Program-made: the position numbers and the translations under genes
Notes under the pieces: model-generated
Told to the model about the DNA's origin: nothing
The model's database searches: none
The model's input: the letters and a program-made list of their open reading frames with translations, nothing else
In this document: positions 26,701 to 37,589 of the stretch, in pieces
Position numbering within the stretch: the first letter of the stretch is position 1
How the letters are laid out: each line of letters begins with the position of its first letter
Assembly (NCBI GenBank): GCA_043228905.1
Contig: JBHGNT010000011.1
Location: 8,928,001-8,992,000, forward strand
Origin: Azolla caroliniana
Taxonomy: Eukaryota > Plantae > Polypodiophyta
Direction of reading: 5' to 3'
DNA: 64,000 nucleotides

Positions 26701-27330
26701 ACACCATTTCAGATTTATGCAAGCGAAGCAAACTTGCAAATTTCAAATGACCAAAGCGTGCATGCCAAATCTTTGCATCTGAAATAGCCTGAGAATCTTG
26801 TATTGCATAGGCTGAATTATTTATAGATCTTTCATAATCTACGAGCTTATACAACCCACGACATAAAATGCCAAAAGCAATAATAACATTCCCATTGGAT
26901 AGATCAGGAACTGTACACCTGTCATCAACAAATTTAACACCCAAGCCAACCTTGGCTAATGCTGAAACTGACAACAAATTTTTCTTGATCCCTGGCACAA
27001 ACAAAGCATTTGACAAGATGAAAGGACTACCATTAACAGTAGTCAAAATGATCTTACCAACACCCATAACTGGATAAGATGAGTTGTTGGTGCATGTGAT
27101 AGTATTCCTTGTAGGGGCAGGCTCCAATGAAGTGAAGAAATTGCGTTGCGAGGTAATATGTTTGGTTGCCCCATTGTTGAAGTACCAAACATCTGATTGT
27201 ACAACAGACATACATTGTTCAAGTGAAGATGGGTCAAAACTGCAAACAATAGTAAATGCCCATTCTTCATTATGCACAAGATTTGCAGACTCTGTTTTTG
27301 GTGTAGAGACTTCTGCAACAACACCCATGC
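23771..27330 (-). mobile_element. Ty1/Copia retrotransposon, 5'-truncated and degenerate (PR-IN-RT-RH plus 3' LTR at 23771-24026)
   Basis: Protease-like WYFNNGATKH, then WHARFGH, CEGC, integrase LRSDRGGEY/TPQQNG, RT YKARLVAKGY/YVDDM, and RNase H SDWAG/KHIEVHYHYVRE/ADLFTK. The LTR is TGTTG..CAACA and contains about 5 tandem copies of 26-28 bp (tgtcctaagtgtgttcacaca). Confidence 0.95.
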
Positions 27331-27334
27331 GAGA

Positions 27335-28205
27335 AGTTGGATTATCGGTGATTAGGTCCCTTCCGTATTATCGAAAAAATTAATGATGTCGCTTTTTGTC
27401 TCGATGTACCTCCACAACTTCGGATACATCCGGTGTTTCATAGTTCTCTCCTCGAACCCTATCAAGACAGCACCATCCCAAGTCATATTAAACAACCTCC
27501 ACCCCGATCGAACTTGAAGATGGACTTGAGTACGAGGTTGTCGCCATCCTCGATTCCAAGATTATTCGCAACAAGCTCTACTATTTAGTCTATTGGCTAG
27601 GTTATAGTCCCAACGAGCGTACTTGGGAACCAATAGAGAATGTGACCAATGCTCGTGCTCTTCTTGAAGTCTTCCATCATCAATATCCAAACAAACCGGG
27701 TCCTCAATCCAAAACAACTTGTGACACTTGTCATTTTTAAAGGGGAGATAGTGTCATGATATGCCAAGACTCGAACCCATGACCTTATGTTACATGGGTC
27801 GAGCTCTTGACCATTAGACTATATGTTGTAATACAAAAAATATTATTTTCATTTAAGTTTTACTATAGAAAATTGATGTATATTCCAGATTTCACTGGAA
27901 CATTCTAGAAACTTCAGGAGTACTCTTGAGAACATTATAAAAGGAGGCACAAGGCATTATTTCAAACCAAATCAATTCAACGCCAGTCTTAAGCCTCGTA
28001 GCTACTACTGTATATTCTCTTCACATAATATATATCTTTTGTTATCATCATTCTCTCTCTCTCTCTCTCTATGTCTCTCCCTCTCTACCTCTGTCTCTCA
28101 CTCTTTCCTTCTCTCGAGAGTTCTACACCTCTCTTAGTACTCATCCTCATCTTTTAGTACTAATTCCTTCTCTATCTTAGTATTGTTCTTGATAGGCACT
28201 AAGGA
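27335..28205 (+). mobile_element. Ty3/Gypsy chromovirus 3' end (Tcn1-like): integrase C-terminus, chromodomain, PPT and partial LTR from 27752
   Basis: The translation GPFRIIEKINDVAF..IHPVFHSSLLEP..PPPPIELEDGLEYEVVAILDSKIIRNKLYYLVYWLGYSPNERTWEPIENVTNARALLEVFHHQYPNKPGP is followed by the PPT aaggggagatag and an LTR starting TGTCATG. Confidence 0.88.
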
Positions 28206-28209
28206 TCGG

Positions 28210-30830
28210 GCCGGTATAGCTAGACAACTTGTTGGCTATATGGATGCCGATTGGGCCGGGAATGCTGGCGACTGCAAGTCTACATCCGGTTACGCATTTT
28301 CACTTGGAAGTGCCACAATGGCCTAGAGCAACAAAAAGCAGTCAATAGTGGCATTGTCGAGGATCGAGGCCGAGTATAGAGGAGCGGTTGTCACAACATG
28401 CGAGGCTATTTGGCTCAAACGGGTTATTGAAGGATCTGCAAGTGGAGGTGTCTGATTCGGTTGTGATCTACTACGACAACCTCAGGAACATCTAGTTGGC
28501 AAGAAACCCTATCTTTCATGCCCGGAATAAGCACATTGAGGTGCACTACCACTTTGTCCGTGAGCGGGTTCTCTTCAATGAAGTGGAACTTTGGCATTTT
28601 CCGACTGATCGGGAGCTGGCCCACATCTTCACCAAACCCTTAGGTCGTGACAAGTTGCAACAATTTTCGGGCATGCTTGGTATGCAACACTTCGATATGC
28701 CGAACTTGATGGGGAGGAATGAAAGGACAGAAAGGGGGAGAGACGATCAAGGCGAACTGCAAAAAGAACTGCGGAATAGGGTCGAAAAAGAAGATGTCTA
28801 AAAAGCTGATCGGATGACGAATTCAATTTCGGTCCGACTGAAGAAGTTGGAATGTTCGGGTTGGCTGAGAAGCCGAGGACGAATGGACATGTGCTAATAG
28901 ATCGGCGAAGTGGAGACTTGTTTGACGTAGGGGAAGCGACCACAAGGGAGAGTCAAACTGGAGCCAATGGAATCAAGGGGTCGAAAAGCCGAGAAGGACA
29001 AGAGAGGTAGCAAAGTAAAAAAGGACAGAGCTGACCGAGCAAAAGCCAAGACCAAGACATGGGCAGATGTGGTCAAGGTCCTTAAGGAGGACGAACCAGA
29101 GACAACCGATTCGGACAAGATCTGGAACGAATTCAAGATACCCGATTTAGTCGAGGAATTTGATTGAAAAGAGCCAAATTAGTTGAAGGCCAAGTAGACA
29201 AGGAGGCCGCCGAAGGCGAAACTGACATGGAGGAGTCAACGGGTCGAGGGGCACCAACACTGCAACAACGACGAAGCTTACTTGGGCCGAGGGAGCAGAC
29301 AAACTAATCGAGAAGGTCGAGGTGTGCGGGACCAGACGTGTCGAGGATTGTGAGCAAGGCGCATGGACGCCAGAAGAAACCGACAACAGGAATTGGTGAA
29401 AACAGACATAGCAATTCGACCTCAAGTTGAGCTTGATGGGGAGAGTTGAGCGGACAAGCTCAATCGGATCCGGATTGGCTGAATAAAATAGAGTCGGATC
29501 GAAGTCCGGAACGAAGACCCGGATCAGTATTCAGATTAATATCCGGAACCAGGAGCCGGATCAGATTGTAACCGGTATGCCATTAGAGGCATATGACCCT
29601 AGCTTAGTACGTAGGCATATTTTTGGGAGTCTGTCTCTAATGTTCTGTACGAGCATTAAAGTACTTGTGAGTACTTCGGTCAGTCCTTTAAGGTCTTCGA
29701 TAAATAGTGTTGTAAAGAATAGTTGTATGTAAGAGTCTTTTGATAGTTTGTAAATTGAGTTTGATTGTTCTGCTCTAACTCTGTCTCTCCCGCATATTGT
29801 ATTCAAGCTTTCCATTAAACCTTAACATCTGTGTTTTGCTGTTATCTGACTGAGCCTGTTTTGTCTATGCTTCCGCACATTTACTTTTGCAAGCTTCCAT
29901 GTCAACATGAAGGTGGCGGAAGTGCATGAACCGGAGAGCTATGCAGAGGCGGCAATGGAGGAGAGATGCGCGCAATAATGGAGAACGAGACATGGAACCT
30001 GGTTGACGCCCCCAAGGGTGTGAAGTCAAACGGATGCCAGTGGGTGTACAAAGTGAACTACAATGTTGATGGCTCCATCAACTGGTATAAGGGGAGATTG
30101 GTGGCAAAGGGCTATGTGCAACAACACGACATCAACCACGATGAGACGTTCATGCCCGTATGATGACTGCTCGTGTCTTGATACGGTAGCAGTAGTGAAG
30201 GGATGCCATTTGCACCAAATGGACATGAAGAATGCATGTCTACAAGGAGAATTTGAGGAACAGGTGTACATGGTGCAACCTCTTGGATTTCAGTCCAGAT
30301 TGAGCACATCGGTTGTCTACTGACTCCAGATGTCCTTGTACGGACTAAAGCAAGCCTCACGTGATTGGAACACAAAGATCACAGAGAGATTGTGTCAAAT
30401 GGGGTTTGCATCGTCACAGTCAGACTCATTATTGTTCATCTAGCAGGCCTGGAATGGGCCGGTAAGCATAATGTTATATGTGGATGACTTTTTCATCGCT
30501 GGCACCGACCTGAATGAAATCGGTCGCGTAAAGTCCCAACTTGCGGCATCATTCAAAATAAAGGATTTGGGGGAACCTTATTACTTCCTCAGGATCGAAG
30601 TGATCCGCACCCCAGAAGGCATACTGATAAACCAAATGCATTATGTGCTAAGTATACTCTTCAAGTTCGAAATGAGAGACTACAAATCCGTCTCGACTCC
30701 TCTAGACAGAAACGTGAAGCTTCTCCTAGGATCGGGAACGTCGTGCGACTTGACACAGTTTCGACAGATCACCAGAAGCCTCATATACTTGACTATCACC
30801 CGACCGAACCTCAGCTATCTGGCCAAATTG
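28210..30830 (+). mobile_element. Rearranged Copia fragments: RNase H and tail, LTR (about 29444-29907), then an RT fragment
   Basis: GYMDADWAG and ARNKHIEVHYHFVRE, PPT ggggag at about 29438, then RT motifs YKGRLVAKGY, LHQMDMKNA and LYVDD with stops. Confidence 0.88.
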
Positions 30831-31149
30831 ATTAGTGCGAGGAATCGTTATCTGCCACAACCGAGTTGCAAACGCACAATGGAAGAAATAAAATAGAAAA
30901 TAGAGATTGATACACTTACACTTGAATAAGTCGACACAATATGTTAATGTGGAAAACCTCGAGAGGCAAAACCACAGGAGTCCACTAACTCCGAACCAAA
31001 TCACTATGGAAGAGAGGTAGGATACAAAGGAGACATAGAGGCAATGACCTTCTACTCAATATCTTCGCCAACATGCGGTTACAACAAATACAAAACTTCT
31101 TGTATCTCTCTCTCTCGCAACTCGACATGGTGTGGAAGCAATAATGAAA

Positions 31150-31476
31150 ATAAGGGAACGTGAGCTACACCGCCTAGAAGCCATGGCTAGGGCACTCTCT
31201 ACATTGGGACCACGGGTCACACCCACATCAAAACCCTTTGACCCCCCACTTCTTTTCGAGAGGCTTGGGTGGAAATAAAATTAGGATTAGTGTAAAGTCA
31301 CTTCCTTTATCGAGTATACCACGTATTGTACACTACTAGAACTCTTTTAGCTTAAGTTCTATGTTTACTTTATTTTATTTTAGTTATGATGACTGGATAA
31401 ATACTCATTTTGTTGTAAACCAATTGTCTCATGGGCCAAATTTGGCCTTAGAAGACGTTAATATATCTTTCTTCTT

Positions 31477-31526
<50 letters not shown>
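31150..31526 (+). mobile_element. LINE 3' fragment (family B) with a (TC)n tail
   Basis: It matches the reverse complement of 57185-57530 and ends gggccaaatttggccttagaagacgttaatatatc followed by (tc)n. Confidence 0.8.
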
Positions 31527-31528
<2 letters not shown>

Positions 31529-33573
31529 CAGTGGTAACAACTAACTAGCTAACAACATTAACTCACTAAAACTTCTTATTGCCCTAGTTATATTTATACT
31601 TATATAACTTATGAGCTATTTACAAATATGGCCTCAATAGGCGCATCCGAACATATTTATTAATATGTCACTACTTCTCGTTCAAACCGGATCCGATCCA
31701 AATACCTTCCGGATCCATCCGATCCGGCTCATCCAATCCCATCTAGAGGGACCGGTTTCCCAACAAACTCCCCCTTCACTCCGGCATGGGATTTCTTGTC
31801 AACCCGATCCCTCTCCGGCACAAGTCCAGCTTCTCAGTCAACAACACCTTGGTCAATATGTCCGACCCGTTCTCCTTCGTGTGGATCTTCGTCAGTGAAA
31901 AGTCTTTGTCTTCTACCTTCTCTTGGAGCCAGTGATATCTCCTCTGGATGTGCTTTGTTCGGGAGTGGTAGGTTGCGGTCTTTCCAAGGTGGATGGCAGT
32001 TTGACTATTGCAGTAGAGCCAGAATTCCTCTTGTTGGATTCCTAACTCTCCGATGAAGTCCTTCATCTAGATTACTTCTTTCCCGTCTTCCACAACCGCC
32101 ATGTACTCCGCTTCCGTTGTCGAGAATGCCATGGACTTCTGCAGCCTCAACTACCATGATACCGCTCCGCCTGCATAGGTCATGATGTATCCGGGTGTGG
32201 ACCAAGTAGTATCTACATCAACTAACATGTCTGAATCCATAAAGCCTTCAAATAGGAGTTTACTTGAACCGAATCAAAGGCACATGCTGGAGGTGCCTTT
32301 CAAGTACCAGAGGATCCACTTGACAACAGTCCAATGCTCTCTTCCTGGATTGCTCATGAACTGACTGACCACCCAGTTGGGTACACACCATTGCATACAT
32401 TAGGCTTCCGATTGTTGAGGCATAAGGTATCTTCATCATCTAAGCTTTCTCCGCCTTTTCTTTCGAACTTTACTTTTCGGACAATTTGTAGTTTACTGGA
32501 AGTGTCGACCCAACTAGCTTCACATCCACCAGTCTAAACCTTTGGAGCACCTTTGTCATGTAGTTCTCTTGTGACATCCACAATAGGTTCTTCATCCAAT
32601 CCCGGACTATGTGCATCCCTAGGATCTGTCTCGCTAGACCCATATCTTTCATTGAGAAGGATTTGCTAAAGGCCTTCTTCAGTATCCCGATTTTGATACG
32701 GTCCTATCCGACGATCAACATGTCGTCCACGTACAACAAGAGTATTAGGAAGTCTCCTCTATCGAACTTCTTCACAAACACGTAGTGGTCGGTCGGCGTC
32801 TTGTGGTATCCTTGGTCGGTCATGAAGGCGTCAAACTTCCGATACCATTGCCGGGGGACTTGCTTCAATCCATATAAGCTCTTCTTCAATCGGCACACCA
32901 GGTCTTCCTTCCCTTTCTTGATGAATCCTTCCGGCTGCAACATGTAGATCTCCTCCTCAAGGTCACCGTACAAGAAAGCAGTCTTGACATCTAATTGCTC
33001 GACCACAAGGTCCATGCTTGCAGCTATGCTCAAAACCGTTCAGATGGATGTCGTCTTCATTACCGGGGCAAAGATCTCGTCAAAATCCACTCCTTTCTTC
33101 TGCTGGAAGCCTTTCACCACAATGCAGGCTTTGTACCTCGGTAGATTTACGACGTCTCCCGGTTTCAACTTGTACACCCACTTGTTTTAAAGCGCCCTCT
33201 TTCTTTTCGGCAACTCTGTCAATTCATATGTATGCTTCTCATGCAGGGAATCCATCTCATCCTGCATGGCATTTAACCACTTGCGGTTGTGAGTGTCTTT
33301 CTTTGCTTCTTCGAAGCTCTCTGGCTCCCCCTCGTTGGTCAGGAATACATGCTCTTCATCCAGAAATCTTCATGCGGGCCTTCACTCTTTGAGAGGGTAT
33401 CTTCTTCCTTGATTTTCTACCACGGGTTCTATAGTCGGTTCTTCATCCGAATCCGATTCGGGTCATGTTCGGTTTCGATGGCCTGACCTTCTTCAGTCAT
33501 TCCAGTTCCTTGTCCAAATCCGACTCCCGACTGGCTTTTGATTGTCGATCCGAATTCGATCGACTCTCCACGT

Positions 33574-36500
33574 TGTCGTAGTGTATTTCGTACACTACGT
33601 GAAAAAGTAAAAATAATATAACCGATTTAATTACATATAAATAAATAAAATAAGAATATCAAGATATTTATCACCAATAAATAAAATAAGAATATCAAGA
33701 TATTTATCACGTGCATAGGGCAAGATTTGAACCTTGTACCTCCACGTAGCCAAATATCAACTTTACCATTATGCTACCTTATCTTTAGTGTTCTATAAAT
33801 AGATTTAATAACTATAAGTGCTTTATTTGCGCCTACCTTTATTAAAAGGTAAATCATGTATATTTAGAGTGCGTGAATATTTTATAGAAAACCGCAAGCA
33901 ACTAAAAAGTGACTCATGCACATCTAGCGTGCATGAGCACTATATTTAGCAAATAAAAGCAAGGATTAGAAAAGCATCACATGCACATTTAGTGTGCATG
34001 AACATATTAGAAAAAAAAGCATGTAGCTATGCTTAGTCTCTCCCATCACTATATAAGGATGGGGAGCACATTGTAGTTTTTGTTGATTATTTTTCTATAA
34101 TGATCAATCAATCTAAAATATTCGTGGGATTCACGAATTTGCTAAAAATAATTCTCTCTTACTACCTAAATATTGACTAAATATACTAAACTCGTGGGAT
34201 TCACGAGATTCTTATCTTATAACTCTTTATACCTATCCATTACTAGCCTCATCTCATATTCTTCTTTCTCCTAGTCCAAAACCCCAGTGGTTCCCACCCG
34301 ACTCACGCAAACGATCCGGAGCCGAAAGGCACGACACAGTTGGTGAACCCGACGTGAAGGCGGGTGGCAAGGAGATGGAGAATCAACAAGAGGCACTGAG
34401 CATAACGATGATGATGATGTTCGAGCGGATGCTACAAGAACAACGAGTGATGTCGGAGATCACGGGGGCAGTAAAGCGGCTCGTACAACGAAACGGACAA
34501 TTCAACGGAAACGATGTGTCACGCTATCTACGTGACTACAAGGCGGAGATGATACGATGTGGGATACCGGAAGGATTGCAAGTGACATCCTTCAATCGGG
34601 TGGCCACGGATGAGCTACAAGAGAGAATCCACAAGATACGGCAACAAAACTCGACATGGGGGTCATTCGAAGAAGCTTTACGAGAGGCATATGATTACAA
34701 GAGATCAAAGGGACAAGATCGGCGAAAATTCGACGAATGGGTGGCATCGGAGAAGACCCACCGAAGTGCAACACAAGCATTCCTAGAGTTCGAGCATCGT
34801 CTTGCTCAACTCTCGGAGCGGGAACAACGATTGGTGGGAGAGGATAAAATCCTAATGTTCGTAAAATCGATCGATCGAAAAGAAAGGATGGACATCGGGA
34901 TTGAACTCGAAGACGATAAAGGTACGAATGGTCTTACCGAAGATTGGGCCGAAGTCCAAAGGGTATGCCGGAGACATGATGAGAGGAAGATGAGAATCTT
35001 GTCAACGACATGGCAGATGAAGGATGGTCGATTGAAGACAAACGATGGAGCCGATATGAAGGCCGAAATACAAAATGATGGTGCGACGGAAGAGGGTGTA
35101 AAACAAGCTACCCTCTTGTCTTGCGAAAGAACAACGATGAAGGATAAGGCCGATAACCCAAGTGTAGAAGAAGATTTCAGAATACAAGTGTCCGAAACAT
35201 CGGGTGAAAAAGGGGTAAGCATAATTGATGCAGTGAAAGAGAGCAAAGAGGACTTGATTGAGGAGGTCGCCACGAAAGATGACATCGAATCGAAGGTGGC
35301 TATGGACGAATCAACGACGGATGGCCATATCGAGACTTCCCCACCACTGATTCCAGAGACTCCGGCGGTTGCGATCGAAAGGCAACGTGAGACCGAAGAG
35401 ACGGAAGGTGGCGGAGAGAAAACGAATGTCGAAGCCGACGAATACGATGAAGAGATAGCCGAGAAGAATGCTAAGGGTGAAACTACGAAAGAAGGTAATA
35501 CCGAGGATTCATGCCAACAATATCTAGAGAGACCGGCAGTTGCGTTCGAAAGGCAACGTGAGACCGAAGAGACGGGAGGTGGCAGCAAGAAAGGTAAAGT
35601 TGGAAGCCGGTTTGGATGGAAGGTGATCCGGACGGGATTCCGATCCGAAAGAAAGCCGAACCGGGTAAAAGAGGATTTGACCGAAAGACGATACAAACGA
35701 AAGCTGAACCGGGCGAATGAGGATTCGGCCGAAAGACGACCCGAAAGAAAGCCGACCCGAAAAGGGGTCGACTCGGTCAAAACCGATCGACCGAGTCTGA
35801 CTTGGCCGAACGCGAATATGGATGGAAGCCGACCTAGCCGAAAGCCGATCGGACGAGACCGATCCGGAAAGAAGCTAATCCGACTCAACCGAAGGTTGGA
35901 CCGGTCGAGGCTGGTGAAAACGAGGAAAAGAAAGTCAATCGAAACCGAACAACCGATTCCGATTCGGCCGAATATGAATCCGATCGGACGCCGATCAAAC
36001 CAAAAGTCGATCGGACGAGAGCGATCCGGAAAAAAGTCAAGGTTGATGAAGACAAGAAAGAGGCCAGTAAAAGACACTACCACGAATGACAAGGGCCAAG
36101 AATATGACGAGAGAGAACAAAGAATATGGTGGATCGAATGGCGACAATGGTTCGGGTGGAAAGAATGGGTCTACTCAAAATGGAGAGACAAAGTTGACAT
36201 AGCGGGACAAACGGAGGATGAAGGGGAGACAACGAGCATCGGCAACTTCGGCACATACCGGAGGATGTGCGGGTTCGGAGGGGGCGAGTGTCGTAGTGTA
36301 TTTCGTACACTACGTGAAAAAGTAAAAATAATATAACCGATTTAATTACATATAAATAAATAAAATAAGAATATCAAGATATTTATCACCAATAAATAAA
36401 ATAAGAATATCAAGATATTTATCACGTGCATAGGGCAAGATTTGAACCTTGTACCTCCACGTAGCCAAATATCAACTTTACCATTATGCTACCTTATCTT

Positions 36501-37051
36501 TAGTGTTCTATAAATAGATTTAATAACTATAAGTGCTTTATTTGCGCCTACCTTTATTAAAAGGTAAATCATGTATATTTAGAGTGCGTGAATATTTTAT
36601 AGAAAACCGCAAGCAACTAAAAAGTGACTCATGCACATCTAGCGTGCATGAGCACTATATTTAGCAAATAAAAGCAAGGATTAGAAAAGCATCACATGCA
36701 CATTTAGTGTGCATGAACATATTAGAAAAAAAAGCATGTAGCTATGCTTAGTCTCTCCCATCACTATATAAGGATGGGGAGCACATTGTAGTTTTTGTTG
36801 ATTATTTTTCTATAATGATCAATCAATCTAAAATATTCGTGGGATTCACGAATTTGCTAAAAATAATTCTCTCTTACTACCTAAATATTGACTAAATATA
36901 CTAAACTCGTGGGATTCACGAGATTCTTATCTTATAACTCTTTATACCTATCCATTACTAGCCTCATCTCATATTCTTCTTTCTCCTAGTCCAAAACCCC
37001 AGTGGTTCCCACCCGACTCACGCAAACGATCCGGAGCCAAAAGGCACGACA
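33574..37051 (+). mobile_element. Young non-autonomous gag-only LTR retrotransposon (Gypsy-type)
   Basis: The 763-bp LTRs at 33574-34336 and 36289-37051 (TGTCG..CGACA) are almost identical. The 4-bp TSD is ACGT. The PBS tggtgaacccgacgtga is complementary to the 3' end of plant tRNA-Trp. A purine-rich PPT ggagggggcgag precedes the 3' LTR. Confidence 0.95.
34375..36336 (+). CDS. Gag-like protein with a long acidic then basic low-complexity tail; no pol domains
   Basis: An uninterrupted ORF fills the element interior. The N-terminal region of about 200 aa (FNGNDVSRYLRDY..WGSFEEALREAY..LMFVKSID) resembles a retrotransposon capsid. No PR, RT, RH or IN motifs are visible. Confidence 0.75.
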   Translation: MENQQEALSITMMMMFERMLQEQRVMSEITGAVKRLVQRNGQFNGNDVSRYLRDYKAEMIRCGIPEGLQVTSFNRVATDELQERIHKIRQQNSTWGSFEEALREAYDYKRSKGQDRRKFDEWVASEKTHRSATQAFLEFEHRLAQLSEREQRLVGEDKILMFVKSIDRKERMDIGIELEDDKGTNGLTEDWAEVQRVCRRHDERKMRILSTTWQMKDGRLKTNDGADMKAEIQNDGATEEGVKQATLLSCERTTMKDKADNPSVEEDFRIQVSETSGEKGVSIIDAVKESKEDLIEEVATKDDIESKVAMDESTTDGHIETSPPLIPETPAVAIERQRETEETEGGGEKTNVEADEYDEEIAEKNAKGETTKEGNTEDSCQQYLERPAVAFERQRETEETGGGSKKGKVGSRFGWKVIRTGFRSERKPNRVKEDLTERRYKRKLNRANEDSAERRPERKPTRKGVDSVKTDRPSLTWPNANMDGSRPSRKPIGRDRSGKKLIRLNRRLDRSRLVKTRKRKSIETEQPIPIRPNMNPIGRRSNQKSIGRERSGKKSRLMKTRKRPVKDTTTNDKGQEYDEREQRIWWIEWRQWFGWKEWVYSKWRDKVDIAGQTEDEGETTSIGNFGTYRRMCGFGGGECRSVFRTLREKVKII

Positions 37052-37589
37052 ACGTTCTTCAGTCAGCTATCGACTTTTGATTGTTCAGGAGGATGTGTTT
37101 GTCTCTGACTCCTAGTCGACAATAGTCTTCTCCTCCATGAAGACTATGTCTCGGCTACGAATGACCTTCTTGTCGACTATGTCCCATAGTTGGTGGCTGA
37201 ATTCATGGTCACCGTATCCAAGGAATATGCATGGTCAAGTTTTCGGGTATAGTTTTCCCGTTTGTCCTTTGCAATATGCACATAGGCAAGACAACCGAAC
37301 ACCTTCAGATGCTGGTACGAAACGTCTTTGTTGTTCCACACTCTTTATGGTACATCTCCTTCCAAGGGTGCCGAGGGCGATATGTTTATCACGTACATCA
37401 CTGTCATCAACGCCTCAGCCCAGAACGTCTTGGACAACTTGGCATGTGCAAGCATACTCCGAGCTCTCTACATTACAACCCAGTTCATTCTCTTGGCCAA
37501 CTAGTTAAGCTTTGGCATCTTCAGCATGGTGTACTTGAGTCGGATGTGGAACGTGAGCAAGGCGTGAAGACTCCAAGAGAATCTAGATG

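Larger units (their letters stand above)
31530..37500 (-). mobile_element. Tnt1-like Copia element (IN-RT-RH plus partial 3' LTR), degenerate, split by the insertion at 33574-37051
   Basis: RNase H SRTKHIQRRYHWL/NGSDILTK at 31776-32066, RT EQLDVKTAFLYGDLEEEIYM/LLLYVDDML at 32704-33033, and an integrase remnant at 37100-37500. The PPT gaagggggagtt lies next to an LTR ending near 31765. Confidence 0.9.

Noticed and set aside
33708-33785. Calling the tRNA-like cassettes functional tRNA genes
   Set aside because: The acceptor and anticodon stems do not pair properly and only the A/B boxes and a partial T-arm remain, so they are reported as tRNA-derived rather than as tRNAs.
34806-36092. 428-aa antisense ORF in the gag-only element
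   Set aside because: It is the codon-aligned shadow of a low-complexity purine-rich sense ORF and has no recognisable motifs. It is not supported as a gene without expression data.
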